The translations under genes and the position numbers were made by a program. Shown one piece after another: positions 19,934 to 30,020 of a stretch of 64,000 nucleotides of DNA; the stretch's first letter is position 1, and each line of letters opens with the position of its first letter. Under the pieces are notes generated by a model. It ran no database searches and was not told the origin of the DNA. It was given only the letters and a program-made list of their open reading frames with translations. The DNA is from Ignavibacteriota bacterium (lineage in GTDB: Bacteria > Bacteroidota > Ignavibacteria > UBA10030 > UBA6906), in NCBI GenBank assembly GCA_963801355.1, contig CAWDEM010000008.1:1376001-1440000 (forward strand). Reading direction: 5' to 3'.

Positions 19934-21037
19934 ATGCACAAGCTTCTCTTTTCCTTGTTTCTTCTATCGTCGATCGCATTATCCCAACAGTCCACACCAT
20001 TGAATCCCCCGGCATCCCCGGATACCATCACCTGGCACACGGTATCCAGCTGGGGTGTAGAGGGCCGCGGCTGGAGCGACGTAAAACGATTCTACGACCG
20101 TCTCCCGGCCAGGGCGGAAGGCGTGGTGCGTGACAAGGTGTGGGACCTCTCGCGGCATAGCGCGGGGATGAGCTGCCGATTCACGACCGACGCCCCCGAA
20201 ATCCAGGTGCGTTACACTCTCCTCAACTCAAGCATCGGCAAGCCCCATATGCCGGCCACAGGTGTAAGCGGAGTGGATCTCTACACACGCCTGGAGGATG
20301 GCCAGTGGCGATGGATCGGCACCACTCTGCCGAGAGAACCCCGGGTGTTCGCAACAATAATCCGGGAGATGAGACGCGAACAGCGGACATTCCAGTTGAA
20401 CCTTCCTCTCTACAACGGCATCGATTCACTGGAAATCGGTGTGACCCGCGGTGCAACATTTGAGTCAATAGCTCCGCGTGTGGAGAAGATGGTGGTGTTC
20501 TACGGGACATCGATCATGCAGGGTGCCTGCGCTTCGCGGCCGGGCATGGCAATCCCCGCCATCCTGGGACGACGACTGAACATTCCTGTGATCAACCTCG
20601 GATTCAGCGGCAACGGAAAATTGGAGCCGGAGATAGGAAAACTCATGACGGAGCTCGATGCGGCTGTGTTTGTTCTGGATTGCCTCCCCAACCTCACGGC
20701 GGAAGAAACTGCCGCGAGAGCGGAGCCGTTCGTTCGCCTTTTGCGCCAGGCAAAGCCCGCAACGCCGATCGTGCTCGTCGAAGACCGTGTGTTCCCGAAC
20801 GCTGTTGTGCAGCCGGGCCGTCAAGAGGAACACGCAAAAAGACACAAGGCGCTTCGCGAAGCCTTCAATCGCCTCATCGCCTCGGGTGTACAAAACCTGT
20901 ACTATCTGGAAGGTGATGGCCTGCTCGGGCAAGACGGTGATGCAACCGTGGACGGTTCGCATCCATCGGACCTGGGAATGATCCGTTATGCAGAGGCATA
21001 TGAGAAGATACTCCGGCCGATAGTGAAGGGCCGCTGA
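19934..21037 (+). CDS. SGNH/GDSL hydrolase with N-terminal GxDLY domain
   Basis: 'SGVDLY', 'YGTSIMQG', 'NLGFSGNG', 'DGSHPSDLG'; signal peptide. Confidence 0.9.
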   Translation: MHKLLFSLFLLSSIALSQQSTPLNPPASPDTITWHTVSSWGVEGRGWSDVKRFYDRLPARAEGVVRDKVWDLSRHSAGMSCRFTTDAPEIQVRYTLLNSSIGKPHMPATGVSGVDLYTRLEDGQWRWIGTTLPREPRVFATIIREMRREQRTFQLNLPLYNGIDSLEIGVTRGATFESIAPRVEKMVVFYGTSIMQGACASRPGMAIPAILGRRLNIPVINLGFSGNGKLEPEIGKLMTELDAAVFVLDCLPNLTAEETAARAEPFVRLLRQAKPATPIVLVEDRVFPNAVVQPGRQEEHAKRHKALREAFNRLIASGVQNLYYLEGDGLLGQDGDATVDGSHPSDLGMIRYAEAYEKILRPIVKGR

Positions 21038-21064
21038 ACATTGATGCAGATCAACGCCGCACAC

Positions 21065-21097
21065 AAAAAAAACCCCTTCGGGATCAAAGGGGTTTTT
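21065..21097. terminator. Bidirectional rho-independent terminator
   Basis: AAAAAAAACCCCTT...AAGGGGTTTTT between convergent genes. Confidence 0.85.
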
Positions 21098-21116
21098 CTG
21101 CCGCCCAAACCGAAGA

Positions 21117-21488
21117 TCACTTCTCCTTCGGCTCTTCCTTCTGCACTTTCTCCGGCATTCCCGGGGGCGGACCACCTCTCATCTTCTCATACTGCAGATA
21201 CTGCGTCTCTGTGAGAATGCTTTTCAGTTTGAGGTTCCGCTCTTCACGCCTCTTCTCCCTCGCTGCGCGCATCGCTTCACGATCAAACTGTCCGTCGGCC
21301 GGACGCTGCGGCATGTTCTTCTGTTCTTCCAAGAAAAGATTAAGCACCTTGGCCTTCTGCTCACTGGTCAAAGACAGCTGCTTCGCCATCTGGTCGACTC
21401 GTTCCTGCGGCGTCATGCGTTGAGGCTGGGCAAACGCCGTGACAGCCACGAGAAACGCCATCCCAAGAACCACAGTTGGAATCCTCAT
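21117..21488 (-). CDS. Periplasmic LTXXQ-motif protein (Spy/CpxP-like)
   Basis: Signal peptide; 'LSLTSEQ', 'ILTETQ'. Confidence 0.75.
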   Translation of the reverse strand: MRIPTVVLGMAFLVAVTAFAQPQRMTPQERVDQMAKQLSLTSEQKAKVLNLFLEEQKNMPQRPADGQFDREAMRAAREKRREERNLKLKSILTETQYLQYEKMRGGPPPGMPEKVQKEEPKEK

Positions 21489-21644
21489 TTACTCCTCCTT
21501 TGTTGATCGTAGATTAGACCATCGAGATTGCGCAGCGGTTTAATCATGACCTGCCGTCAGTGGCACGAATCCGGCCGGAACAAAGGGAGAGAAATCTCCC
21601 GGACCCGATGAGCGGCGACATGAGACAATCGAGACTTGTGGATC

Positions 21645-22310
21645 TTATGCCACACTCCTATTCAAATACTCCACGGCATCGTGCGGATTGTGTGAGGTGA
21701 AATCAGCGCCGATGCGCGTACAAAATTCATGTGTGATGGGAGCACCACCGACCATTATTTTCATGTCAGGATAAGCTTCCTTGATGGCACGGACACTCTT
21801 TTCCATGTTGGGCATGGTGATCGTGAGCAACGCAGAAAGCCCTACGATACAGCCCGGGTGCTGTGCAAGCGTGGCCAGGAACTTGCTGGTCGGCACATCC
21901 ACGCCAAGATCGATCACTTCAAACCCACCCCCTGTGACAATCATCGCGACGAGGTTCTTGCCGATGTCGTGCAAATCGCCGGACACGGTGCCGATGACAA
22001 ATTTGCCTTTGCGTTTCACCTCACCCGATGCCAGGAACGGCTTGATGTGTTTCAACACAGCATTCATCGCCGCAGCGGAAATCACCAGATTGGTCACAGC
22101 GGCTCTGTTCTCGCTGAACTCTTTCCCGATTTTATCCATTCCCAGCATACAACCTTGCAGGAGGACGCCCGGCTGAATGCCGTTCTTCAGTGCTTCCGCA
22201 GCAACCTCATCAGCACCGTCTTGATCCTTCATGTCAGGGGGATACGGTGCAGATCTGTAGACTTTCCCACGGGCGATGCACATGGCGATTCGATCGACAT
22301 ACTCTTGCAT
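21645..22310 (-). CDS. Corrinoid (B12-binding) methyl-carrier protein
   Basis: DxHxxG motif 'GDLHDIGKNLV', 'DLGVDVP', 'GLSALLT', 'VGGAP'. Confidence 0.92.
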   Translation of the reverse strand: MQEYVDRIAMCIARGKVYRSAPYPPDMKDQDGADEVAAEALKNGIQPGVLLQGCMLGMDKIGKEFSENRAAVTNLVISAAAMNAVLKHIKPFLASGEVKRKGKFVIGTVSGDLHDIGKNLVAMIVTGGGFEVIDLGVDVPTSKFLATLAQHPGCIVGLSALLTITMPNMEKSVRAIKEAYPDMKIMVGGAPITHEFCTRIGADFTSHNPHDAVEYLNRSVA

Positions 22311-22321
22311 AATCCCTCTGC

Positions 22322-23218
22322 TTAGTGTGCAACAAGGAGACCGGCTTCTTTCACTATCGTTGGAGTGATGCTTTCCCACAGCGAAGGCATGATGTGGATT
22401 CCGCGTACGCCACGCATGCCCTTCAGCACCCGGAGCATTTCAACCGCGATTCTGACGCCTTCTTCTTGCGGATCGCGGGCCTGGCTCATCCTGATGATAT
22501 AGTCGTTATGTATCCTCACGCCGGGCAGTTTCTCTTTCATCCAGAGCAACGTCTTCACCGATCGCACAGGCATCACCCCGGGGAGAATCGCCGCCTGTTC
22601 ATGAAGCCCCATCTCGACCGCCCGTTCCATCCAGCGGGTGAATATCCCCATGTCAAAGACAGGCTGTGTTTGAATAAAATGCGCGCCGGCGGCAATCTTC
22701 TTGTGCAACCGTATCAGGCGCATTTCAAATGGTTCCGCGAAGGGATTTGCCGCGGCACCGATGAGAAATTCCGTCGGCTTCTTCATTTCGGAACCGGAGA
22801 GCAGGAACCCGCTGTTCATGTTGGCCACGGCAGCGATGAGCTGGATGGAATCAAGGTCAAACACACCTTTGGCTTCGGGTTCGTCGCCAAATGACTGATA
22901 GTCGCCTGTCAGACACAGCACATTGCGAATACCCAACGCGGCGGCACCCAGAAGATCACTTTGCATCGCCAATCTGTTGCGATCCCGGCACGTCATCTGC
23001 ACGATCGGCTCGATGCCTTCGTCCAGGAGTATCTTTGCCGAGGCAAGGCTTGAGAGGCGGACGATAGCTCTCTGGTTGTCGGTGACGTTCACCGCATCCA
23101 CAAAGCCCTTGAAATGGCGCGATTTGTCCCTGATGACGTCGCCATCACAGCTCTGCGGCGGGCCGATTTCCCCGCACACGACAAACTGATGCGATTCAAT
23201 TTTTTCCCGCAGGCCCAT
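22322..23218 (-). CDS. metF: Methylenetetrahydrofolate reductase, acetogen-type
   Basis: 'AVNVTDNQ', 'QMTCRDRNRLAMQSDLLG', 'LCLTGD', 'GAHFIQTQ'. Confidence 0.9.
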   Translation of the reverse strand: MGLREKIESHQFVVCGEIGPPQSCDGDVIRDKSRHFKGFVDAVNVTDNQRAIVRLSSLASAKILLDEGIEPIVQMTCRDRNRLAMQSDLLGAAALGIRNVLCLTGDYQSFGDEPEAKGVFDLDSIQLIAAVANMNSGFLLSGSEMKKPTEFLIGAAANPFAEPFEMRLIRLHKKIAAGAHFIQTQPVFDMGIFTRWMERAVEMGLHEQAAILPGVMPVRSVKTLLWMKEKLPGVRIHNDYIIRMSQARDPQEEGVRIAVEMLRVLKGMRGVRGIHIMPSLWESITPTIVKEAGLLVAH

Positions 23219-23717
23219 CAGAGATGATTTCCTTCACCCGTTGCTTGTCGTGCCGGACAAACAGTATTGCCCCCTTCGTGCGCTTCGTAAAGACATTCAG
23301 CCATGCCGATGTCCCTTCGAAGTTCCAGTTGTGGATGCCGTTCATCTTGTACAGCAGGCTCATGCGATGCAGTAGTGTTGACCGTTGGTAGATTTTGTAC
23401 CATACGCACTTCCGATCGGGATACACTTCGCACGATCCGTCCTCGCGGGTGCCTCCACAGGGACCGTTGCGCAGCCGTTTCGGACAATTCTGGGAGCAGA
23501 CGAATGCGGTCGAGGACAGGATGCACTCACCGCAGCGCTGACAGCGGAATAACGGCACTTTTACAAGGTTTTCGAAAAAGAGCATAGCACGGGAGAGCGT
23601 TCGCCCGCGTGCCGAAATGGGGCGTTTGTTCAATGTCGCCATGTCGCTCAACATCTTCGGTTTCCTGAACTCCGCCGGTGCGTTATTGCTGTTCTTTTGA
23701 TATTGGGGGATATGCAT
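23196..23717 (-). CDS. metV: MTHFR C-terminal-domain protein (MetV-like, Cys-rich)
   Basis: CQRCGEC...C...CPKRLRNGPCGG...CEV...CVW; overlaps metF. Confidence 0.8.
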   Translation of the reverse strand: MHIPQYQKNSNNAPAEFRKPKMLSDMATLNKRPISARGRTLSRAMLFFENLVKVPLFRCQRCGECILSSTAFVCSQNCPKRLRNGPCGGTREDGSCEVYPDRKCVWYKIYQRSTLLHRMSLLYKMNGIHNWNFEGTSAWLNVFTKRTKGAILFVRHDKQRVKEIISDGPAGKN

Positions 23718-23774
23718 TCTTCAATCCATAACTCCGACATCACGTGGCCGCCATCAACGCGACCTGCCCGCTCA

Positions 23775-24647
23775 TCAGGAGAGATACAGCATCACTCTCA
23801 TGATGGCTTCAACTCCCTCCAGTTTCAATACATCACGCAAACATTGCATCGCGGGATCATCATCCGTCACGAGTGCATAGTGCCGTCTTGTAGAACCGAT
23901 GATGGTATTCAATCCCATCGGCATTGCCATAGTCAGAAAGGCGCTTTCAAGCGGACCTTTCGCCGGAGAGCCGTCTGCCCTCTTCGCAGGCAGCATTGCA
24001 GTGAAGTTACTCAATCCCACCGACATATTCACACCGACCAGATCTTTGTCCGAATGAATCAATGCCATCGCATCCACGAGCCGCCTGAAATCTCCTTTTG
24101 AATCGCTGCCGATGGGCATGATGCCGGGGTCAAGGATGACCTGCTCGTTGTTTAAACGCGGTATGCGTTTGCGAGCGATGTTCACCATGGCCTTCGCAGT
24201 AGCATGGATGCTGCCGGCAGTCTGATTCAGCACCATCTCACGGGAGTCATTCATTCCCTCGGTGATCAGCACAATGGGCTTGAATGGGTGCCTGGGGTAC
24301 AAATCGAACATTTCCAGCCGTGCTTCGGAAATTGAGTTCAGAATCGGGATCTGATTTCCCGCGCGTTCCACATCATACGCTTCCAGCGCGGCAGCCGCGA
24401 TGGCCGTATCAGGAGTATCTATGGAGAGCGGGAGATGGATGTGCTCCTGAATCTTCCGGATCACTGACGCCATTAACCCCGGAGAGCGAGGTCCGACATT
24501 GACATCAATGTACGCCGCTCCTTTCTCCGCTTGCTGTCTGGCCACTTCAACAATGCCATCAAGATTATTCTCTTCGAAGAGTGCATGGGTCGACGGGACA
24601 GAGTCGTTGATCGATTCGCCGATGATGGTAAGCCCAGGGATACTCAT
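23775..24647 (-). CDS. Methyl-THF:corrinoid methyltransferase (AcsE-like, pterin-binding)
   Basis: 'IIGESIN', 'GAAYIDVNVG', 'PLSIDTP', 'ILNSIS', 'ILDPG', 'VGLSNF'. Confidence 0.85.
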   Translation of the reverse strand: MSIPGLTIIGESINDSVPSTHALFEENNLDGIVEVARQQAEKGAAYIDVNVGPRSPGLMASVIRKIQEHIHLPLSIDTPDTAIAAAALEAYDVERAGNQIPILNSISEARLEMFDLYPRHPFKPIVLITEGMNDSREMVLNQTAGSIHATAKAMVNIARKRIPRLNNEQVILDPGIMPIGSDSKGDFRRLVDAMALIHSDKDLVGVNMSVGLSNFTAMLPAKRADGSPAKGPLESAFLTMAMPMGLNTIIGSTRRHYALVTDDDPAMQCLRDVLKLEGVEAIMRVMLYLS

Positions 24648-24716
24648 TCACTTGCCTCTCACGAGATCATACAGGGAGGGAGAACAGTAATCAGCACACT
24701 CATACGTGACGTCCAC

Positions 24717-24769
24717 GCGTATCTTCCTTCCAGCACCATGCACGATGGAAGCAAGAAAGGAAGAGACGC
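24717..24769. other. Intergenic inverted repeat inside the methyltransferase operon
   Basis: GCGT-A-TCTTCCTT...AAGGAAGA-G-ACGC. Confidence 0.4.
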
Positions 24770-24771
24770 TC

Positions 24772-25800
24772 CTAGCGGTTCCTCGCGGCCTCAATGAACG
24801 CTGTGATGTTTCTTGACTCAACGCCGGGGGGCATGCCTCCGCCGCAGGACAGGATTACCCTGCTTCTGTCTTGAAGGGAATTGACCAGCTCGGTTGTCAC
24901 ACGCTTCACATCCTGCGGGGTGCCGTTCGCCAGCACATCCCTCGGGGGAATATTCCCGAGTAAGGCGACCTTGTTCCCCGTCAGGGTCTTCAGCTCGTTC
25001 AGCGTGATATCGAACCCCATATTGAGGAGATTGACATTCATCTCCGGAAGGAAGGGAGCGCACACCCTGACCTGCGCGTCATTGTGGAGGAACCTGACGG
25101 AAACATCCGTCGTGAAGAGTTCCTTGAAGGCAGGAAGTCCGAACGCACGGAACTCCGCCTCCCCGAGAAACCCGATGATGTCGTCCAGAAGGAAAATGCC
25201 GTCGATCGAAGGGAATGTGTCCCGTTGCAGATCCAGCCATTGCTTCAGGAAGAGGGTGATCTTCTTGATCAACCTTTGCGCCTTTTCGGGATCCAGCATC
25301 AACATTGTGAGAAACTCAATCGTCCCCATCAAGTAGCAGGCGATGTTCAATGGTCCGCGGGCCACAGCGAATCGTATCTTATGCCCCGCCTCTTCGATCC
25401 GCGGCTGCGCAAGTCTGAGGCGATTCAAGACCAAAGGGAGCAGCCCGTCTGTTCTGGGATCCGGTGAGGGTAATGAATCGATTTCCTCGCCGGGAAGGAG
25501 CACTTTGTGCGCGTGGGGGAATTCATTCCGCGGAAATGTGCACCGCACGCCGAAGGCGGAGGGCTCCGTACACATGCCATACTCCGACCAGAATCCCGGC
25601 AGGAACATCACATCAGGAAACTCCTTGATCGCCTTCAGGTTTGCGGAGAGCCAGATTTCATCGTTCGAGAAATAGTCCAGGATGGCGGCGCCGTACCAGT
25701 TCGGCAGCCAGGGACTGTCGATGATGAAGCCAATCGGCAGGGGACTTGAGACCTCTCCCCTGACCGTCCTCAGAAGGACATCCCACTGCTGATCCGTCAT
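24772..25800 (-). CDS. URO-D/MtaA-fold methyltransferase (substrate:corrinoid MT candidate)
   Basis: 'RGPLNIA', 'LLGNIPPRDVLANGTP', 'ILSCGGGMPPG'; first gene of the corrinoid operon; GGAGG RBS. Confidence 0.85.
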   Translation of the reverse strand: MTDQQWDVLLRTVRGEVSSPLPIGFIIDSPWLPNWYGAAILDYFSNDEIWLSANLKAIKEFPDVMFLPGFWSEYGMCTEPSAFGVRCTFPRNEFPHAHKVLLPGEEIDSLPSPDPRTDGLLPLVLNRLRLAQPRIEEAGHKIRFAVARGPLNIACYLMGTIEFLTMLMLDPEKAQRLIKKITLFLKQWLDLQRDTFPSIDGIFLLDDIIGFLGEAEFRAFGLPAFKELFTTDVSVRFLHNDAQVRVCAPFLPEMNVNLLNMGFDITLNELKTLTGNKVALLGNIPPRDVLANGTPQDVKRVTTELVNSLQDRSRVILSCGGGMPPGVESRNITAFIEAARNR

Positions 25801-25855
25801 CGCTCCTCCGCTTCTGCAATTCCATCAGGTCGCGCCCGGTCATTCGAACTAATGC

Positions 25856-25884
25856 AAGATAAACCGGAAAAGCGCCATTCGCAA
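25856..25884 (-). promoter_or_regulatory. sigma70-like promoter of the corrinoid operon
   Basis: TTGCGA-N17-TATCTT. Confidence 0.55.
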
Positions 25885-25887
25885 CAT

Positions 25888-25951
25888 GAGACCTTGAGCA
25901 GTCGAGGCCTTGTGCAGTCGAGACCTTGAGCAGTCGAGGCCTTGTGCAGTC
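25888..25951. repeat. 16-bp tandem array, A-B-A-B
   Basis: GAGACCTTGAGCAGTC / GAGGCCTTGTGCAGTC, pair repeated twice. Confidence 0.95.
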
Positions 25952-26038
25952 GGCGGAACGATCGGCATGCCGGTCGGCGGTGCCTTTTGTTACGATCCTC
26001 CTTTTGTGTAGCTCATGCGGCGGCCGGGTGCGGTCACT

Positions 26039-27337
26039 CTATTCCCGTGCCGTGCGGGCGCGGTATCGTAAGAGGGCTTCAAGGAAGTAGTAGTCGGCAA
26101 AGATTGCGGGCACGTCCACATTGGTGTTGGCCGGAAGAAAGTGTACCGAGTGCTCCAGAAGGCAATTGGTGTTCACACCGGCCGCAAAATATGGCGGGCA
26201 GCAGAGCGATGTCATCATTGCCTCGGCTTCCTCCCGGTACCGTTGCCTGAGAGAAGCGTTCTCGACATAGTCGATCATTTCAAAAAGAGCCGAGGCGGCG
26301 ATGCAGGCGGCCGAGGCATCCCGGTACCGGACATCGGATTGAAAATCCCAGTTTGCAACACGGTCCTCCGGCAGATGACTCAAGAAATAATCTGACAACT
26401 TCATCGCCATCGCCAGGAAGCGCGGATCCTCTGTATAGCGATACGCGATCACCATCCCGTACATCCCCCAGGCATGTCCTCGCGACCATGTCGTTTCGTC
26501 CCCCGCACCCTGCAGTGTCCCCTTGTTGAGGACCTTGCCGGATTTCTTATCGTAGCGTACGATATGATACGTACCGCCGTCCGGACGAATGAAGTCACGA
26601 CACGTCGTCATCGCGTGTGCGAGCGCGATGTCTGCATAAGAAGAAGGCCCACCGTTCTGAGAAGCCCAGAAAAGGATCTCAAGATTCATCATGATGTCAA
26701 TGAGGACGGGGAACGAGTTCTCACTGTTGACCAGATCCCAGTTTGACTGCAGGCAGCCGATCCTTGGATCATAGTGCTTGGCCAATGTGTTTGCGGCGTT
26801 CAACACGATTTCACGGTAGTTGCTGTATGCCGGCCCTTTCCCCAGGCGAAGCCCGTTGCCGTAGCTGCACATGAACTTGAAACCCAGGTCGTGCGTTTCG
26901 CGGTTGGACTTCTCCTGTGCGAGGGATTCTGTCCACCGGCGCGCCCATCGTTCAAACCGGGCATCGCCGCTGATTTCGTACGCGTACCATAGGCAACCCG
27001 GGTAGAACCCGCTTGTCCAGTCGTCGGACCGTTTGACGATCCATGCAAGCTGAGGTGTTGCATACGTGGGAAAAAGGGTGCTGTCGTTGACCTCAGCGAC
27101 GCTGTGTTCCAGACGAATCAAAGAGGTCTTGAGAGCGTGATCCACGAGGCTGTCCAGAGGTCCGCCCGGGGGGGCAGGCTGCGCAAGGGCGGTTGCAGCG
27201 AGGACGACTGTCGCGATGCAGACAGCAATGAACGTGTGCCTGCGCGAATCGCCGAAATTGGCAGCCGTAGTGAAGACGGCGAAGGTGCGCCTGTGCGGTT
27301 GCCCGAAGGGAGAACCCACGTTCTCGTTACGTCGCAT
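26039..27337 (-). CDS. GH88 unsaturated glucuronyl hydrolase
   Basis: 'DWTSGFYPG', 'THDLGF', 'IDIMMNL', 'WSRGHAWG', 'DASAA', 'ADYYFLEAL'. Confidence 0.92.
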   Translation of the reverse strand: MRRNENVGSPFGQPHRRTFAVFTTAANFGDSRRHTFIAVCIATVVLAATALAQPAPPGGPLDSLVDHALKTSLIRLEHSVAEVNDSTLFPTYATPQLAWIVKRSDDWTSGFYPGCLWYAYEISGDARFERWARRWTESLAQEKSNRETHDLGFKFMCSYGNGLRLGKGPAYSNYREIVLNAANTLAKHYDPRIGCLQSNWDLVNSENSFPVLIDIMMNLEILFWASQNGGPSSYADIALAHAMTTCRDFIRPDGGTYHIVRYDKKSGKVLNKGTLQGAGDETTWSRGHAWGMYGMVIAYRYTEDPRFLAMAMKLSDYFLSHLPEDRVANWDFQSDVRYRDASAACIAASALFEMIDYVENASLRQRYREEAEAMMTSLCCPPYFAAGVNTNCLLEHSVHFLPANTNVDVPAIFADYYFLEALLRYRARTARE

Positions 27338-27384
27338 GGCGGCGACCTTTCATAATGCCGTAGCAACCTCTATGCTCTACAAGG

Positions 27385-28227
27385 TCAGGCTGAACCGCTG
27401 TTCGATTCGGTTCGCGCGAGAAGACGCTCCAGCTCCCCCACATTCGCGCTGTTTGGATAGAACTGCCCCCACCATCTGGCGCACCTGTTGGCATCAAGCG
27501 GGACTCCTATGACCGGGACTTCAGCTTTCATACACATCCGCATTCCCCGCACCAATTCCGGGATACACGCGATTCCGAGCACTCCTACCGTATTGCCCTC
27601 TTTACGCAATCGTCGAAGCAGCGATCGGAGATTCGCTGTCATCCAGATGTACGGTGTCACGTGATACCAGCGGAGGAATCTGCTGACTCCATTCAGAACG
27701 CAGTCCTTTGAACATCCCTTGCACACATGATCCTCTCCGCGAATGACGGATTGACAGGTGACCGTGACGTCATGCAAGCAGTGCGGCAGAAATGCGAGGC
27801 GCATGTTACAGGCTCGGAATTGTGCCACATTCAGACGATTGACCAATTCCACTTCGAGCATATGGAAATGATACTGTTCTTCGCTGGTGGAGAGCACCCG
27901 GTCCCATCGGTGAGCCAGCGAAAGTCCCTTCAGATGCGACGCAACGTTCAGGGTGTATTGGGAAAGCTGTCCACGCAGAGTCCGGGAGAGAGATGCTTCC
28001 TTCGAACCGTCCGGCGCCCGGAGTGCCAATGATTTGAGGTGACGCTTGCTTTTGCTCTCCTTTCGGACGATCTCCAGTGCATGGCGGAGATCAGTGTTTT
28101 GCTTTAGGAAGTCATCAGCGAGGAGGCGGATGCGGTCGTAGTAGCCATCGCTCTCCCCGTTATCTCCGAGAAGCGAGTACGTCTTCCCTTCACCCGGTCT
28201 GGGCATTGCTATTGAATCGCTGGTCAT
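27385..28227 (-). CDS. DUF116-domain protein (Cys-rich)
   Basis: 'AFLPHCL...C...CKGCSKDC...GIACIPEL...GVPL...C'. Confidence 0.75.
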   Translation of the reverse strand: MTSDSIAMPRPGEGKTYSLLGDNGESDGYYDRIRLLADDFLKQNTDLRHALEIVRKESKSKRHLKSLALRAPDGSKEASLSRTLRGQLSQYTLNVASHLKGLSLAHRWDRVLSTSEEQYHFHMLEVELVNRLNVAQFRACNMRLAFLPHCLHDVTVTCQSVIRGEDHVCKGCSKDCVLNGVSRFLRWYHVTPYIWMTANLRSLLRRLRKEGNTVGVLGIACIPELVRGMRMCMKAEVPVIGVPLDANRCARWWGQFYPNSANVGELERLLARTESNSGSA

Positions 28228-28364
28228 CTGCAAGTCTCAACCTCAACAACACAACGCCGTTGCCTCACTGAAACCTGATGCACTTACATGACAGGGAAAT
28301 GAGTTCGAAACCGCCACTCTTCCTGCAATGATGACGCCTATGGCTCCGGACACGACCTGTGGCC

Positions 28365-29909
28365 TCAGTTGTAGATCTTGATCTTTGGCCATTCAGCTGC
28401 TACCGAAAACTTCGGACCCCGTGCAACGTAGATGGGTATCTTCTGCTGCGGTCGTGTGCAATACTCGCACGTCTGCACTGCAGCCTCTTGCACGCTTTCG
28501 AATCTCTGCTCGAGATCGCGGCGATTCACGAAGACTCCGATGTAGGTTTTCACCGTATCGGACGGCGGCCCCCAGAGATGATAGCTGTTGTGTGTTGCGA
28601 AGACAGGCGGGAGACCATACTCTTTTCCGTACAGCTCAAGCGCTCCTGCACCGCCGTAGTTTGTGCTGATAATGACTGCATTGCGCTGCTCCTCAGGAGA
28701 GAGCCCCCTGTAGACTCGGGACACTTCTGACGCAAGTTCATGCCATCCGAGCCGGTCTCCCAGCCACTGGGGCAAAGGATCGTTGGTCTTGCCGGACTCA
28801 ATGCTCAGCGACAAGCCGAACGCCGAAATATATTTTTGTGTGGCGGCAGGCGGGAGCAGGGGCGAGAACACCGGAGCACATACCAGAATCCCTGCGACGA
28901 GCACCACGACCATGAGTCCAGTCGCCACCCATCGCATTATCACCCACTGTATCGACTGAATAGCCACCGCCCCTGCGGCGAAGAGGAAAGGATAGATCGC
29001 CGCGATTCTGTCTGGGCGGCTCGACCCGCTCAGTACCATGAAAAGCAAGAGAAAGGGAAAGAGCCAGCCCAAAGACCTGTACCTCTGAGTGTGTTTGGAC
29101 ACAAGAAGGTACACGAGGCCTGCCACCCAGAGAGGAAGTGCGAAGGGATTCGCGAAGATCGCCTGGTCGAGCAGGACGCCAAACGGGGTTCTCTGAATGT
29201 TCTTGTTGACCATTGCATTGCGATAGAATTCCAGTGACGGGAAACCATGAACGGCCTGCCAAACGAGATTCGGAAGTAGCAAAAGGAAGCAGCTCAACAT
29301 GCCCCACACAAACCATCGGCTCCACAGGAGGCGTCTTGCCGGCGTCAGAAGCATGCCGATGACGATGGCAAGGCCGTAGATGGCCGAGGTGTGTTTCAGT
29401 TCCAGTCCGAGCCCCAGCATCACGCCTATAGGAACCCAATAGTGTGGGTTCTCATCTTGCAGCATTCGCAGCGTGAAGTACACGATGATAACGCAGAATG
29501 CAATCTCAAATGCATTCATCGAAAAAAAGCTCCCCATCACAAGACAGACCGGATTCGCAATGACCGCCAGCGATGTCAGGACGACTGCGGACCGGGTCCC
29601 GCCCAACCTGTTGGTGATCATGCATGCCGTGAATGTTGTGACGGCCATCGCAAGTGCCGGCATCAGCCGCAGTGCAGGTAGTGATTCCCCCAAAAGCCGG
29701 CGGCTCGCGGCGAGGAGCAGGATGGAAAGAGGCGGATGATCCACGTAGCCAAAGGCGAGATGATGCGAGCAGGCGATGTAGTAGAGCTCGTCGATGAAGT
29801 ATCCGTAATATGATTGGGTACTCAGGACGAGATGATAGGCCAACAGGCCGAGGGAGAAGAGTGCCGCAATGGCGAGTTCAAGGGGTTGCAGGTGAATCGT
29901 CTTGCTCAT
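28365..29909 (-). CDS. GT-C fold glycosyltransferase (GT39/ArnT-like)
   Basis: 'DELYYIACS', 'GYVDHPPL', many TM helices, 'HNSYHLWGP'. Confidence 0.85.
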   Translation of the reverse strand: MSKTIHLQPLELAIAALFSLGLLAYHLVLSTQSYYGYFIDELYYIACSHHLAFGYVDHPPLSILLLAASRRLLGESLPALRLMPALAMAVTTFTACMITNRLGGTRSAVVLTSLAVIANPVCLVMGSFFSMNAFEIAFCVIIVYFTLRMLQDENPHYWVPIGVMLGLGLELKHTSAIYGLAIVIGMLLTPARRLLWSRWFVWGMLSCFLLLLPNLVWQAVHGFPSLEFYRNAMVNKNIQRTPFGVLLDQAIFANPFALPLWVAGLVYLLVSKHTQRYRSLGWLFPFLLLFMVLSGSSRPDRIAAIYPFLFAAGAVAIQSIQWVIMRWVATGLMVVVLVAGILVCAPVFSPLLPPAATQKYISAFGLSLSIESGKTNDPLPQWLGDRLGWHELASEVSRVYRGLSPEEQRNAVIISTNYGGAGALELYGKEYGLPPVFATHNSYHLWGPPSDTVKTYIGVFVNRRDLEQRFESVQEAAVQTCEYCTRPQQKIPIYVARGPKFSVAAEWPKIKIYN

Positions 29910-30020
29910 GATACTTCTGATTGATCATGTGGACGCGGTGTATCCGGACAATCGTGTAGACAACTGCACGGAGGTGAGATGATTGTCAGAAGCTCTCGAG
30001 TAGCACAGGCATGAACCATT

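Noticed and set aside
21562-21577. TGGCACG sigma54-like site on the + strand
   Set aside because: Poor -12 element and no + strand gene downstream
21645-24647. Evidence for a complete Wood-Ljungdahl pathway
   Set aside because: No acsB, CODH or acsC/D in the window; only methyl-branch-like genes are present
28294-28341. Fluoride-riboswitch-like words (GGGAAATGAGTTC...AACCGC...TGATGACGCCTA)
   Set aside because: P1 and pseudoknot pairings do not close, and there is no downstream gene on that strand
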